A model generated the notes under the pieces. It was not told the DNA's origin. It searched no databases and saw nothing but the letters and a program-made list of their open reading frames with translations. A DNA stretch of 61,214 bases from Promethearchaeota archaeon (GTDB lineage: Archaea; Asgardarchaeota; Lokiarchaeia; Sigyniarchaeales; SOKP01): positions 1 through 61,214 of the forward strand of contig JBHLNF010000016.1 of NCBI GenBank assembly GCA_048937405.1, read 5' to 3'. Below, one piece after another: positions 30,378-40,148 of this stretch. Made by a program: the position numbers and the translations under genes. The first letter of the stretch is position 1; every line of letters begins with the position of its first letter.

Positions 30378-31220
30378 CTAGTCGATTATAGCATAAGCAT
30401 TTCCTAGAACTACATTCCCTCGCTCAGATCGTACTTGAATTATATAGCGTCCATTATCTTTCCAACCTTCGGTGGTTAGGGTTTCTCCAGGAAATACAAC
30501 ACCTTTAAATCTTGCACTGAATTCTTTAAAGCGAGTAACATCACCTTCACATAGTTCATTTACAATAGCACGTGTTGCAATCCCGTATGTGCATAAACCA
30601 TGAAGGATTGGTTTTGGTTGACCTGCCATTTTAGCAAAATTTGGATCTATATGTAATGGATTAAAATCTCCATTTAATCTATAAAATGCTGCTTGATTTG
30701 AACTGGTCTGAAAGGAACTACTAAAAACTGGTTCTACATTCTCGGGAGGATTTAAGGGCACACTTTTTGGTCCTGGATCCCCGCCGAAACCTCCTGAACC
30801 AGCAACGAAATATACATATCTAGAATCAAATAAATGCTCGCCTTCTAGTGAATGACCGGTTATTTTTATATGTATGACAGCAGCTTTACCTTTATCGTAT
30901 ATATGTTCTATTATCCCTTTTGTGTTTATTTTTCCATTTGGTTTAAAAGGTGTATAAAGATGGATTAATTGCTCACCATGTAATAAACGAACAAAATTAA
31001 CTCCTGGTGGGAAAATCATTCCGCTACTTGCTGCTATCGTTGCAAAACTCGGAAACACTTTCATACCACCTTGTGCCCTCTCAAAAACAAAAGATAAATC
31101 TTCTGCTTGTGCACCAACACATAAATTATACAAGGCACTATCTTTCCAAGTATACTCAAATGTTCCCTCTCTTGTCTGTCCTGCTGAATTTACATCTAAA
31201 TCAGGCATTTCTAATTTCAC
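30378..31220 (-). CDS. MaoC double-hot-dog (R)-specific enoyl-CoA hydratase 2, second copy
   Basis: LLHGEQ, YRLNGDFNPLHIDP, PILHGLCTYG. GTG start. Confidence 0.92.
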   Translation of the reverse strand: MKLEMPDLDVNSAGQTREGTFEYTWKDSALYNLCVGAQAEDLSFVFERAQGGMKVFPSFATIAASSGMIFPPGVNFVRLLHGEQLIHLYTPFKPNGKINTKGIIEHIYDKGKAAVIHIKITGHSLEGEHLFDSRYVYFVAGSGGFGGDPGPKSVPLNPPENVEPVFSSSFQTSSNQAAFYRLNGDFNPLHIDPNFAKMAGQPKPILHGLCTYGIATRAIVNELCEGDVTRFKEFSARFKGVVFPGETLTTEGWKDNGRYIIQVRSERGNVVLGNAYAIID

Positions 31221-31444
31221 TTATTTTTATAAATTGATTTTTAATTGTACTAATAAATATAGATTCAATTAAAAATGATTACAGTTAATAAAAATTTTAA
31301 AAGAAAAAATAATTTGCTGTATAACTTAAATTGATCTTCTAAATGTATTATAAAATCACTCTAAGTAATGTTTATATTAAAAAATATAAAATTATAAAAA
31401 AAAGAATAGTATTTTGTTTATTTCAAATGATAAAAAATATAGTT

Positions 31445-32725
31445 TTATGCATCAAGATTTTCAATTATAGTTGCTACTCCCTGTCCGCCTCCAACACAGG
31501 CGTTTGCACAACCGAATCTTGCTTTCTTATCTTTAAGGATCCTTGCTAAAGTTCCAGTAAGTCGAATCATAGTAGACCCTAGTGGATGGCCGATAGCCGT
31601 TGAACCACCCATAATATTAACTTTATCCCAAGAGAGATTATATTTATCAATGCAATTCAGGGTTACAATGCAAAAAGCTTCATTAATTTCCCAATAATCA
31701 ATATCCTCCGCTTCCATGCCAGCAACTTTTAAAGCTTTTTTTGTAGCAGGAACAGGACCTCGTCCCATTACTGTTGGATCTACTGCTGCCCAACCAATTG
31801 ATACAATTCTTGCCATGGGTTCAATACCTCGTCTTTCAGCCTCCTTTGCATCCATACAAACAGCAGTTGTAGCACCAGCATTTAGCGGAGAGGAATTTCC
31901 AACAGTTATAACTCCTTGTTCCGTACCTTCTCTTTTAACATATCCCTCTTTTCCTCCATTTTTTTCTAAATAAAATGGTCGTGATAATCGTGGTAATTTT
32001 GCATGTGATTCCATAGTTGAAGCTCTAGCATTCATATCTCTATCAACCATTAGGGGCGTATTAGCATCACCTTCAACATGACCTTCGATAGGTATAATCT
32101 CACCTTTAAACCATCCTTCTCCATGGCTTTTCACCGTTAAATTATGACTTCTCACTCCAAACTTATCTAAATCTTCTTTAGTAAATGTAGGTACTTCTTG
32201 TTCATATAACTTTTGAGCAGTCTGAAGCATACTAAAAGTTGTTGGCATGTCAAGGTCAGGTCGATAATATTTACTATTTTTGTCATTTAACTTCATATTT
32301 GGGCTAGCTCCAGTACCTCTACCACGACCCATATGTTCAAATCCATTAGCTAACGTAATTTTTGCGTTTCCAGTCATAATTTCCATAATTCCTACATGCA
32401 TACCAGAACCTGCTGAACCACATTGTCTATCTATAAAGAATGCAGGAACCTCTGGTGGAAAGCCTGCCATAAAGATGGGAAGTCTCCCTCCATAGGTCCA
32501 CCCCTCCCCCACACCTGCTGCGACTCCAACAGAAGATTCTTCTATATCTTTCTTTTCTATGCCTTTATCTGCCAACTTTTCATCAAAGAATTTCATTAAT
32601 AACTGAGCTAACAATTCATCTCCTCTTATCTCGCCAAAAACATCTCTTTCTGGCGTTCTTGGTCTGCATCGAGAAAATGCTGTACGGGCATAATCAATTA
32701 ACCAAACTTCGTTTATTTCAACCAA
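31445..32725 (-). CDS. Thiolase
   Basis: DRQCGS, GNSSPLNAGA, NEAF, GHPLGS, CVGGGQG. TTG start. Confidence 0.93.
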   Translation of the reverse strand: MVEINEVWLIDYARTAFSRCRPRTPERDVFGEIRGDELLAQLLMKFFDEKLADKGIEKKDIEESSVGVAAGVGEGWTYGGRLPIFMAGFPPEVPAFFIDRQCGSAGSGMHVGIMEIMTGNAKITLANGFEHMGRGRGTGASPNMKLNDKNSKYYRPDLDMPTTFSMLQTAQKLYEQEVPTFTKEDLDKFGVRSHNLTVKSHGEGWFKGEIIPIEGHVEGDANTPLMVDRDMNARASTMESHAKLPRLSRPFYLEKNGGKEGYVKREGTEQGVITVGNSSPLNAGATTAVCMDAKEAERRGIEPMARIVSIGWAAVDPTVMGRGPVPATKKALKVAGMEAEDIDYWEINEAFCIVTLNCIDKYNLSWDKVNIMGGSTAIGHPLGSTMIRLTGTLARILKDKKARFGCANACVGGGQGVATIIENLDA

Positions 32726-32812
32726 TTTTTTTTCACTTTTTTTAAATTTGATTTTTAATGAAAAATTTAGTACTACAGTTTAAAATTAAAAATAATATTT
32801 TAAGAATTTTAA

Positions 32813-32846
32813 AATAACATATCAACTTTATAAACTTGATGTTATT
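32813..32846. promoter_or_regulatory. Imperfect inverted repeat centred on TTTATAAA (possible operator over a TATA box)
   Basis: AATAACAT(AT)CAAC-TTTATAAA-CTTGATGTTATT, about 100 nt upstream of the thiolase start at 32725. Confidence 0.4.
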
Positions 32847-33042
32847 GAAGTCCTACAGCAGAGGCTATACAGGCAAAACTAGGAAAAACTTTTAATCCAC
32901 CTGGAAACCCTTCGTATAAGAATTGTAATTCATTAATCTTGGTACCAATACCAAGTGCGTATAAAACAACATCCTTCCAGGTATAATTAAAGACTCTTTC
33001 CTCTGTTTTTTTCCCAATTATACTTAAGTCTAATTCTTTCAT
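32842..33042 (-). pseudogene. Truncated third MaoC hydratase copy (first ~62 aa only)
   Basis: LDLSIIGKKTEERVFNYTWKDVVLYALGIG...VFPSFACI matches the N-terminus of 27085..27927. Homology stops abruptly and the catalytic motif is absent. Confidence 0.88.
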
Positions 33043-33075
33043 TTATAATCTCTAATAATTAACTCTTGCCTGTAT

Positions 33076-34371
33076 TTATGCTTTAAGGTTTTCTATAATT
33101 GTTGCAACTCCTTGTCCACCACCGCAACATGCATTAGCTACTCCGTATTTTGCCTTTTTATCAATTAAAATTCTAGCTAAAGTCCCACAAAGACGAATCA
33201 TTGTTGATCCTAATGGATGACCAATTGCAGTTGATCCTCCCATAATATTAACTTTCTCTTCTGGAAGATTAAACTTATTCATGCAGTTTAAAGCGACTAT
33301 AGTAAATGCTTCGTTGATCTCCCAAAAATCGATATCTTCAGCAGTCATATTTGCATATTCTAATGCATGACGTGTAGCTGGAACTGGACCTCGTCCCATA
33401 ACTCGTGGATCGACTCCTGCCCAACCAATTGATACAATTCTAGCTAATGGTTCAAGTCCTCTTTTCTTTGCCTCCTCTGCTTCCATCAATAAGCATGTAG
33501 TAGCACCAGCATTGAGAGGTGAAGAATTTCCAGCAGTAATAACTCCCTCTTCTGTGCCTTCTCTTTTAATATAACCTTCCTTTCCTCCATTTTTTTCTAA
33601 ATAAAATGGAGTAGATAGCCTGCGTAATTTTCCAACGACTTCCAATTCAGACTTTCTAGCTGCCATATCTCTATCCACCATCATTGGTTCTTCAACATTT
33701 CCTTCAACGTGTCCTTCAATAGGTACTATTTCCCCACCATTCACTCCACTTGTAAACCATTTTGCTTCTGTACTTTGAACAGTTAAATTATGTGATCTTA
33801 CCCCGAACCTGTCTATATCCTCTTTAGTAAATGTAGGTACTTCTTCTTCATATAATCTCTGTGCTGTTTGTAACATATTCATTGAATTTTCAATATCAAC
33901 TTCAGGATTGTAAAAAGGACTGTTTTTATCATTAAATCTTTCTCTTCCTGGATCCACACCTCTTCCTCTTACTCTCGTCATATGTTCATAACCGGTTGCT
34001 AAGCCAACTTTTGTATGACCGGTCATTATTTCCATAGTTAATACATGCATTCCAGCTCCAGCAGAGCCACATTGTTTATCAATAAAGAATGATGATATTT
34101 TAGGTGGAAATCCATTTAGAAAAAGAGGAATTTTGGCACCATAACTCCAATTCTCCAATACACCAGCAGCAATCCCTAACGAAAATTCCTCAACGTCATT
34201 TTTCGTTATTCCTTTATTAGCTAATCGTTCATCAAAAAAATTCCTTAGGAGTCTAGATAATAATTCATCCCCTCGAATTTCCCCAAATACATCTCTTTCA
34301 GGTTGTTGTGGTCTGGAACGTGAAAATGCTGTTCGAGCATAATCAACTAACCATACTTCTTTAAAATTCAT
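33076..34371 (-). CDS. Thiolase (close paralogue of 31445..32725)
   Basis: DKQCGS, NEAF, GHPLGS, CCGGGQG. Confidence 0.93.
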   Translation of the reverse strand: MNFKEVWLVDYARTAFSRSRPQQPERDVFGEIRGDELLSRLLRNFFDERLANKGITKNDVEEFSLGIAAGVLENWSYGAKIPLFLNGFPPKISSFFIDKQCGSAGAGMHVLTMEIMTGHTKVGLATGYEHMTRVRGRGVDPGRERFNDKNSPFYNPEVDIENSMNMLQTAQRLYEEEVPTFTKEDIDRFGVRSHNLTVQSTEAKWFTSGVNGGEIVPIEGHVEGNVEEPMMVDRDMAARKSELEVVGKLRRLSTPFYLEKNGGKEGYIKREGTEEGVITAGNSSPLNAGATTCLLMEAEEAKKRGLEPLARIVSIGWAGVDPRVMGRGPVPATRHALEYANMTAEDIDFWEINEAFTIVALNCMNKFNLPEEKVNIMGGSTAIGHPLGSTMIRLCGTLARILIDKKAKYGVANACCGGGQGVATIIENLKA

Positions 34372-34487
34372 TTTTTTTTCCTTGTAATTTTATGATATTT
34401 TTGATTAGAAAAAATTCGTTCATTTTAAAAGTTATTGACTTATAAACATCAAAAAATCAAAAAAAAAAACAAAAAAATAGTTCTATT

Positions 34488-35315
34488 TTATTCTCCTTTA
34501 AATACTGGTTTTCTTTTCTCTAAAAATGCAGAAACTCCTTCATTAACATCCTTGCTTCGTGAATTTATAGCATAACTAAGTAGTTCAAATTGTAAACCTA
34601 CATTTAATGGTACCTGAGTTCCATAATTAATGCATTTTTTAATTACAAACAGACTGTTTGTGGCAGCATTTCCTAGGAAGGATGCTTTTTCATGAACAAA
34701 ATCTTCGAATTTGTCATCATCTACCACATAAGAAATAACACCCCAATTGTACATTTCTTCAGCAGTATAATGGTCACCAAAGAACATCAATCTTTTTACT
34801 CTCATTTTACCAAGATTCTCAATCAATCGTTGAGTACCACCATTTCCAGGAAAAATACCACGTTGTATTTCAGGAAAACCAAACATTGAGCGTTTAGAAG
34901 CTATAGCTATATCACAAACTAATACTAATTCAAATCCTCCACCTAAAGCAAACCCATCAATAGCAGCTATAATTGGTTTATGAAATTCCTCGATTAAGTC
35001 ATAATACTTATGTCTTCTGTACATTGCATGACTTTGATGTCGTAAATTTTCAGGATCAAGATCACTACTAGATCTATCTGACAGGTCAGCACCAGCAGAG
35101 AAAGCAGGCTTTTTAGTAAATTCTTTAGTTCCACGTAATACTACACATCGGACTTCTCGATTAACTTCGACCATCTCTAATGCCTCTGAAATTTCTCTTA
35201 ACGTTTTAGTTTGGAGAGCATTTAATCTTTCAGGTCTCGTTATTGATATTACTGCATAATTTCCTTCTTTTACTTTTTCTAACTTAACATGCTCAAATTT
35301 TTTGTCATCAACCAT
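34488..35315 (-). CDS. Enoyl-CoA hydratase (crotonase family)
   Basis: RPERLNAL, FSAGADL, GGGFEL and PEIQRGIFPG, with both catalytic Glu present. Confidence 0.9.
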   Translation of the reverse strand: MVDDKKFEHVKLEKVKEGNYAVISITRPERLNALQTKTLREISEALEMVEVNREVRCVVLRGTKEFTKKPAFSAGADLSDRSSSDLDPENLRHQSHAMYRRHKYYDLIEEFHKPIIAAIDGFALGGGFELVLVCDIAIASKRSMFGFPEIQRGIFPGNGGTQRLIENLGKMRVKRLMFFGDHYTAEEMYNWGVISYVVDDDKFEDFVHEKASFLGNAATNSLFVIKKCINYGTQVPLNVGLQFELLSYAINSRSKDVNEGVSAFLEKRKPVFKGE

Positions 35316-35506
35316 ATTAAATACCTTTTTTCTTTTTTTTATCTTTAATTTTCAATTATTATAATGATTAGAAATGGAATAATTAATATTTGAATATTTT
35401 TAATGTTATAACTTTTTTTAAACTAAAATTTATTAATTTTAAGATATATCTAATTCAATAGGCAGTAAATAGATAAATCTCAGAAAATTATAATAGAGAA
35501 TTTTAT

Positions 35507-36739
35507 ATGGTAAAAAATAACAATAAAACAAAAGATAACGAGCTACAATCCGAACAGGTTTTTGGTAATGTAAATATTAAATTTAGTAAACCTTTACCAG
35601 ATGTTTATACAGCTAGAGTTATTATTTCTAGTTGTGGATGGATTGATACTACTGAAGGGATTGTATTAATTGATACATTAAATAGAAGACATCTTGCTAA
35701 ACAAGTGAAAGATAGAATTAGAAATAAGATTAAATACATTATTTATACACATGGTCATATAGATCATGTAGGAGGAGCATCTGTATTTCTTGATGATAAT
35801 CCAGAGATAATTGCTAGTAAATATCTTCCAGACAGATTTGATAAATACAAAATGTTAGCACAACATCGTGCTCACATTAATGCTATACAATTTAATGTAC
35901 CAGAAACCTTAGATTCAATAAATTATGTTTATCCAACTAAAACCTTTTTGGGAGATTTAACCATTAAACTTGGAGATAAAACTTTTGAACTGCATACAAC
36001 TCGTGCAGAAACTGATGATGCTCTATGGGTATATGTTCCTGAAATTAATGCTGCGTTTATCGGTGATTTGATAATTGGCAGACGTTTTCCAAATATAGGA
36101 AATCCTTGGAAACCGACGCGTTTCGCTTTGGATTGGGTAAAGACTTTGGAAAAAATACGTGCGATAAAACCAAAATATATCTTTTGCAATGGTGGAGGAG
36201 TAATGCTAAAAGAAGAAGCAGCAATTGAAGCCTTAGATGCAAATATTGAAGTTATTCACAATCTGCATGATCAGGTTGTAGATTTTATTAACCAAGGAAT
36301 GCATATCACAGAAATGATTCATACTGTAAAAATTCCAAAACATCTAGAAAATAATCCCTATCTTAATCAAGTATATTCTCGCGTTGAATTTTTTGTTTAT
36401 AATGTATATAGATGGTATCATGGTTATTTTGATGATAATCCTGCACATCTTTTACCAAGACCGGAGAAAGAGGTATTAAATGAGATTTATAATCTAATTG
36501 GGAATCCTCAAAAAATATTGAAAAGAGTGAATGAATTATTTACTCAAAATCATACTCAACTTGCACTTCAAATACTAGATATTCTTATTCAAACAGAACC
36601 TATAAATGTGGATGCCCGAAGATTACGTATTGAACTTATGAAGAATTTAGGTAAAAATGATGTTTCTCTTATGTCAAAAAACGCTTGGTTTTATTATGTA
36701 AATAAAGATAAAGAATTTCTTAAATCTCTGAGGAAATGA
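35507..36739 (+). CDS. Metallo-beta-lactamase-fold hydrolase, alkyl/aryl-sulfatase (SdsA1-like) with dimerisation domain
   Basis: YTHGHIDHVGG, AETDD, IGDL...FPNIGNP, YRWYHGYFDDNPAHL. Confidence 0.82.
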   Translation: MVKNNNKTKDNELQSEQVFGNVNIKFSKPLPDVYTARVIISSCGWIDTTEGIVLIDTLNRRHLAKQVKDRIRNKIKYIIYTHGHIDHVGGASVFLDDNPEIIASKYLPDRFDKYKMLAQHRAHINAIQFNVPETLDSINYVYPTKTFLGDLTIKLGDKTFELHTTRAETDDALWVYVPEINAAFIGDLIIGRRFPNIGNPWKPTRFALDWVKTLEKIRAIKPKYIFCNGGGVMLKEEAAIEALDANIEVIHNLHDQVVDFINQGMHITEMIHTVKIPKHLENNPYLNQVYSRVEFFVYNVYRWYHGYFDDNPAHLLPRPEKEVLNEIYNLIGNPQKILKRVNELFTQNHTQLALQILDILIQTEPINVDARRLRIELMKNLGKNDVSLMSKNAWFYYVNKDKEFLKSLRK

Positions 36740-36841
36740 TTCTTTACTAAAATACTCAATATATCATGAAAAATAACACAGAGCTCTGATATGATATAAT
36801 AATTTACTTTATCAATATCTTTCATACTATCACTTAAAATT

Positions 36842-37411
36842 CTAATATTTCTGCTTTTTAAATTTTGGCTTGAATATTATAGACGGTCTGACCTTCTCAT
36901 AATAATTAAAACCTTCTGCATCATGAATATCACCATATTTTTTTTGTAATTCCTTAAATGATGCTACATCAAGAGCATACATAGGACATGCTTCAACACA
37001 GATGGTTTGTTGTCCTTGTTCTAGACGGTCAAAACAAAAATTACATTTTTCCATTTTTGAATTTTCTTCATCACGAAATTGAGGAATATCCCAAGGACAA
37101 GCTTTTAAACATTTTGCACCACACTCTTTCTTTCCTATACATTTCTTAGAATTAACAATAACAATTCCATCTGATTCTCTTTTAGTGATAGCTTCCACGG
37201 GACATGCTTTTATACATGGTGGATTAACACAATGATTACAAGCAATTGATAAATAAGCTAAAAACAACTCAGGAAATGTTCCATTCTCAATAATATTGAT
37301 TTTTCTCCAATTAACACCAACAGGGAGATCATTCCAATCCTTGCAAGCTAATACACATGTATAACAACCAATACATCTTGTTTGATCAAAATAAAAACCC
37401 ATTTGCATCAT
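36842..37411 (-). CDS. dmsB: DmsB-like 4Fe-4S electron-transfer subunit
   Basis: GFYFDQTRCIGCYTCVLACKDWN, SIACNHCVNPPC, KCNFC...CVEACP. Confidence 0.85.
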   Translation of the reverse strand: MMQMGFYFDQTRCIGCYTCVLACKDWNDLPVGVNWRKINIIENGTFPELFLAYLSIACNHCVNPPCIKACPVEAITKRESDGIVIVNSKKCIGKKECGAKCLKACPWDIPQFRDEENSKMEKCNFCFDRLEQGQQTICVEACPMYALDVASFKELQKKYGDIHDAEGFNYYEKVRPSIIFKPKFKKQKY

Positions 37412-39684
37412 TTAAATACCTCTATTTTATTCTTAGGAGATAATTCAATTTCTACTAAAGAACTATTTAAAGGAAAGGCACCACCAGGTGAATAATTATC
37501 ATTCGTTAAAACATTAGCACATCCACCAAGATCGACACCATCTTTATCTGGATTATACCATGCACCTTGATATACACAGACAGCTCCAGGTATAATACGT
37601 TCTGTAACCTTAGCAGGAATTCTAATCCTACCTCTATCATTAAATACATCTACTATATCTCCATTGTTTATGTTGCGTTTCAGAGCATCAACAGAGTTTA
37701 TCCAAACGGCATGAGTTTCCACCTCTTCTAACCATGGAATAATACTTAAAGTAGAATGGGTTCTTCTTTTATTATGAGGAGTAAGAAGTTGTAATGGAAA
37801 TCTCTTTGCTTTAGGGGAGTCATAATGTTCTTCATGGGTTAAATATTTTGGAATTGGAGGAATTAATGGATTATTGTTCTCTGCAATATGTTCACAAAAA
37901 ATTTCAATTTTTCCCGATAACGTAGGAAAGGGATTATTCTCAAGATCTACAATTTGTTCTTTAAAGGCAACAAAAGGTTCTTCAACCTTAACTTTAAAAT
38001 ATCCATCTCTCTTCATCTTATTGTAATTTTTTATATCTTTTCGAGGAGCGGTAAACATTCTTAGAAGTTCATCCTCTGATAAATCTAATAGACTGTTTTT
38101 TATTCCCAATTTTTTCGATAATTCTTTACATATTTCTAAATCTGATTTTGATTCATATAAGGAATCAATTGCTTTATTTAAATAGATATAATAAGGTGAT
38201 CCTAACCATGGAACTGCAATATCATTGCGTTCCATAAATGTATTAACTGGTAAAACAATATCTGCTAATTGTGCCGTAGGAGTCATGAATTGTTCATATA
38301 CTACGATAAATTCTAGAGATTTTAGAGCTTTAATGCCTTTATTGACATTTGCATACTGGTTTAAACGATTCGTTGCTGCTATATATGCCATTTTAATATC
38401 AGCAGGATACCCTCCCTTTCTACCTTCTAACATTGCATTATAATAATCATTAGAATGAATACGAGTATTTGCAGGATTAGTTCCACCTCTTAATTTATAA
38501 AGACTATCTTTACGAGGAGGGGCATTTAAATCAATAGGGTTATCTTGGATCCTAGGTTTTTTAGCTTTTTCCTCATCTAATTTGATTGGACCAATCTTTT
38601 TTTTCCCTCCTGTGATAATTCTCTCCCGACTATAGTAGGCACGCATGAATCCAGATGCATAACCACCATTAATTCCAATATTGCCTGTTATTACACATAA
38701 TATGTTAGCAGCTCTAGAGTATTGTTCACCAAACATTGTTCTAGCGGGGCCCCAACCCGCAATCAATGCAGCCGGTTTCGCTGTAGCGTACTCCCGAGCA
38801 AGATCAATAATTGTTTCTGAAGGTACAGAAGTAATTTTTTCTGCCCATTCAGGGGTTTTTGGAATTCCATCTTCTTTACCAATAACATATTCCTTGAATT
38901 TTTCAAACCCCACAGTATATTTTTCAATAAATGACTTATCGTGTAAATTTTCAGTTATAATCACATATGCCATAGCTAATAACATAGCAGTGTCAGTGCC
39001 AGGGCGAATAGGAATCCATTGATGGGCTATAGTCGCGGCAGAATCTGTAAATATTGGATCAATCGCTTTTATTTTTATTCCCTTTTCTCGAGCTCTAGCC
39101 AACCATAGACTAGTACCAGGATCCCAAATAGTATTTACGGGATTCCAACCCCACATAATTATAAATTTGGAATTAAGTAGATCTTCTCTAGCATTTCCAG
39201 TCATCAATGTGCCATAAGTTGCCATAGAAGCAAAAAGAGCACCTTCATAGGAGGCAGCACCCCACATTCTAGTATATCCTCCAATTTGATTAAGCATCAA
39301 TGCATGAGGAGTAATTCCATGGAGCATCCCTTGATTCCCACTTCCAGGAACAAGTAAAATAGCGGAGTTTCCATATTTTTTTTTTATTTCTGTAATTTTA
39401 GAAGCAATTTCATCTAATGCATCCTCCCATGATATTTTTTCAAATATTCCTACACCACGTTTACCAACACGACGTAAAGGGTGCTTAAGTCTCTCATCAG
39501 AGTAAACTCTCTGTCTATACGCTCTTCCTCTTAAACATGCTCTTAATTGTGGTTGTTCTTCATTATCGGTTTCTAACCGAATGATCTTTCCATCTCTTAT
39601 AAGAGCACGTAGAACACAACGCCCTCCACAATCATGACAACAACCTGTTTTAACTATTTTAATTTCATTTTTTTTTGCATCTAT
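37408..39684 (-). CDS. dmsA: DMSO-reductase-family molybdopterin oxidoreductase catalytic subunit; proposed ATA start at 39684 (758 aa), no Tat signal
   Basis: The ORF track starts at 39327, but the frame stays open for 119 more codons encoding CCHDCGGRC, LRACLRGR, RLKHPLRRVGKRG and ISWEDALD. Core motifs WGWNP, PIRPGTD, MTPTAQLADIVLP, SGKIEI, RTHS. Confidence 0.85.
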   Translation of the reverse strand: MDAKKNEIKIVKTGCCHDCGGRCVLRALIRDGKIIRLETDNEEQPQLRACLRGRAYRQRVYSDERLKHPLRRVGKRGVGIFEKISWEDALDEIASKITEIKKKYGNSAILLVPGSGNQGMLHGITPHALMLNQIGGYTRMWGAASYEGALFASMATYGTLMTGNAREDLLNSKFIIMWGWNPVNTIWDPGTSLWLARAREKGIKIKAIDPIFTDSAATIAHQWIPIRPGTDTAMLLAMAYVIITENLHDKSFIEKYTVGFEKFKEYVIGKEDGIPKTPEWAEKITSVPSETIIDLAREYATAKPAALIAGWGPARTMFGEQYSRAANILCVITGNIGINGGYASGFMRAYYSRERIITGGKKKIGPIKLDEEKAKKPRIQDNPIDLNAPPRKDSLYKLRGGTNPANTRIHSNDYYNAMLEGRKGGYPADIKMAYIAATNRLNQYANVNKGIKALKSLEFIVVYEQFMTPTAQLADIVLPVNTFMERNDIAVPWLGSPYYIYLNKAIDSLYESKSDLEICKELSKKLGIKNSLLDLSEDELLRMFTAPRKDIKNYNKMKRDGYFKVKVEEPFVAFKEQIVDLENNPFPTLSGKIEIFCEHIAENNNPLIPPIPKYLTHEEHYDSPKAKRFPLQLLTPHNKRRTHSTLSIIPWLEEVETHAVWINSVDALKRNINNGDIVDVFNDRGRIRIPAKVTERIIPGAVCVYQGAWYNPDKDGVDLGGCANVLTNDNYSPGGAFPLNSSLVEIELSPKNKIEVFK

Positions 39685-40148
39685 CTTAAAATCAACCTTC
39701 CATTTTATTATAAACTGAATCTTAACTATAAATATGCATGATGTTTAAAGACTTTTTATGTAATGAGTTAATGAAAGTTTAATTGCTATTTACCCTATTT
39801 GTTGGAGAGAAATAAGAGAAGATTAAGAAAAATTACTTATTATTCATATCATGGTTTTCTTCTCTCATATATCATATAGCAATTTATTCCCATAAAAATA
39901 TAAAACTTCTCTCAATGATCTACAACAAATTCAGATTATCTTGTTTTCAACGGAGAATTTTATGAGAATATTTTGCATAGAAAATATCGCCTTTAATACT
40001 AGTGATAATATATATCAATAGATTTTCAAATTAATCTTATATTATTTGATACTTCTTTTTAACCTTTTCACAATTCTTTTCCAAGATTTTTTAATTTATT
40101 GTGTATAGTTATAACTTAAATTTACATAACAAATTAGAGTTGATATAA

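Noticed and set aside
31320-40122. Shared 13-mer TATAACTTAAATT at 31320 and 40110 and GTTATAAC dyads as a TetR operator
   Set aside because: Nearly all A/T, so expected by chance in these intergenic regions; no consistent position.
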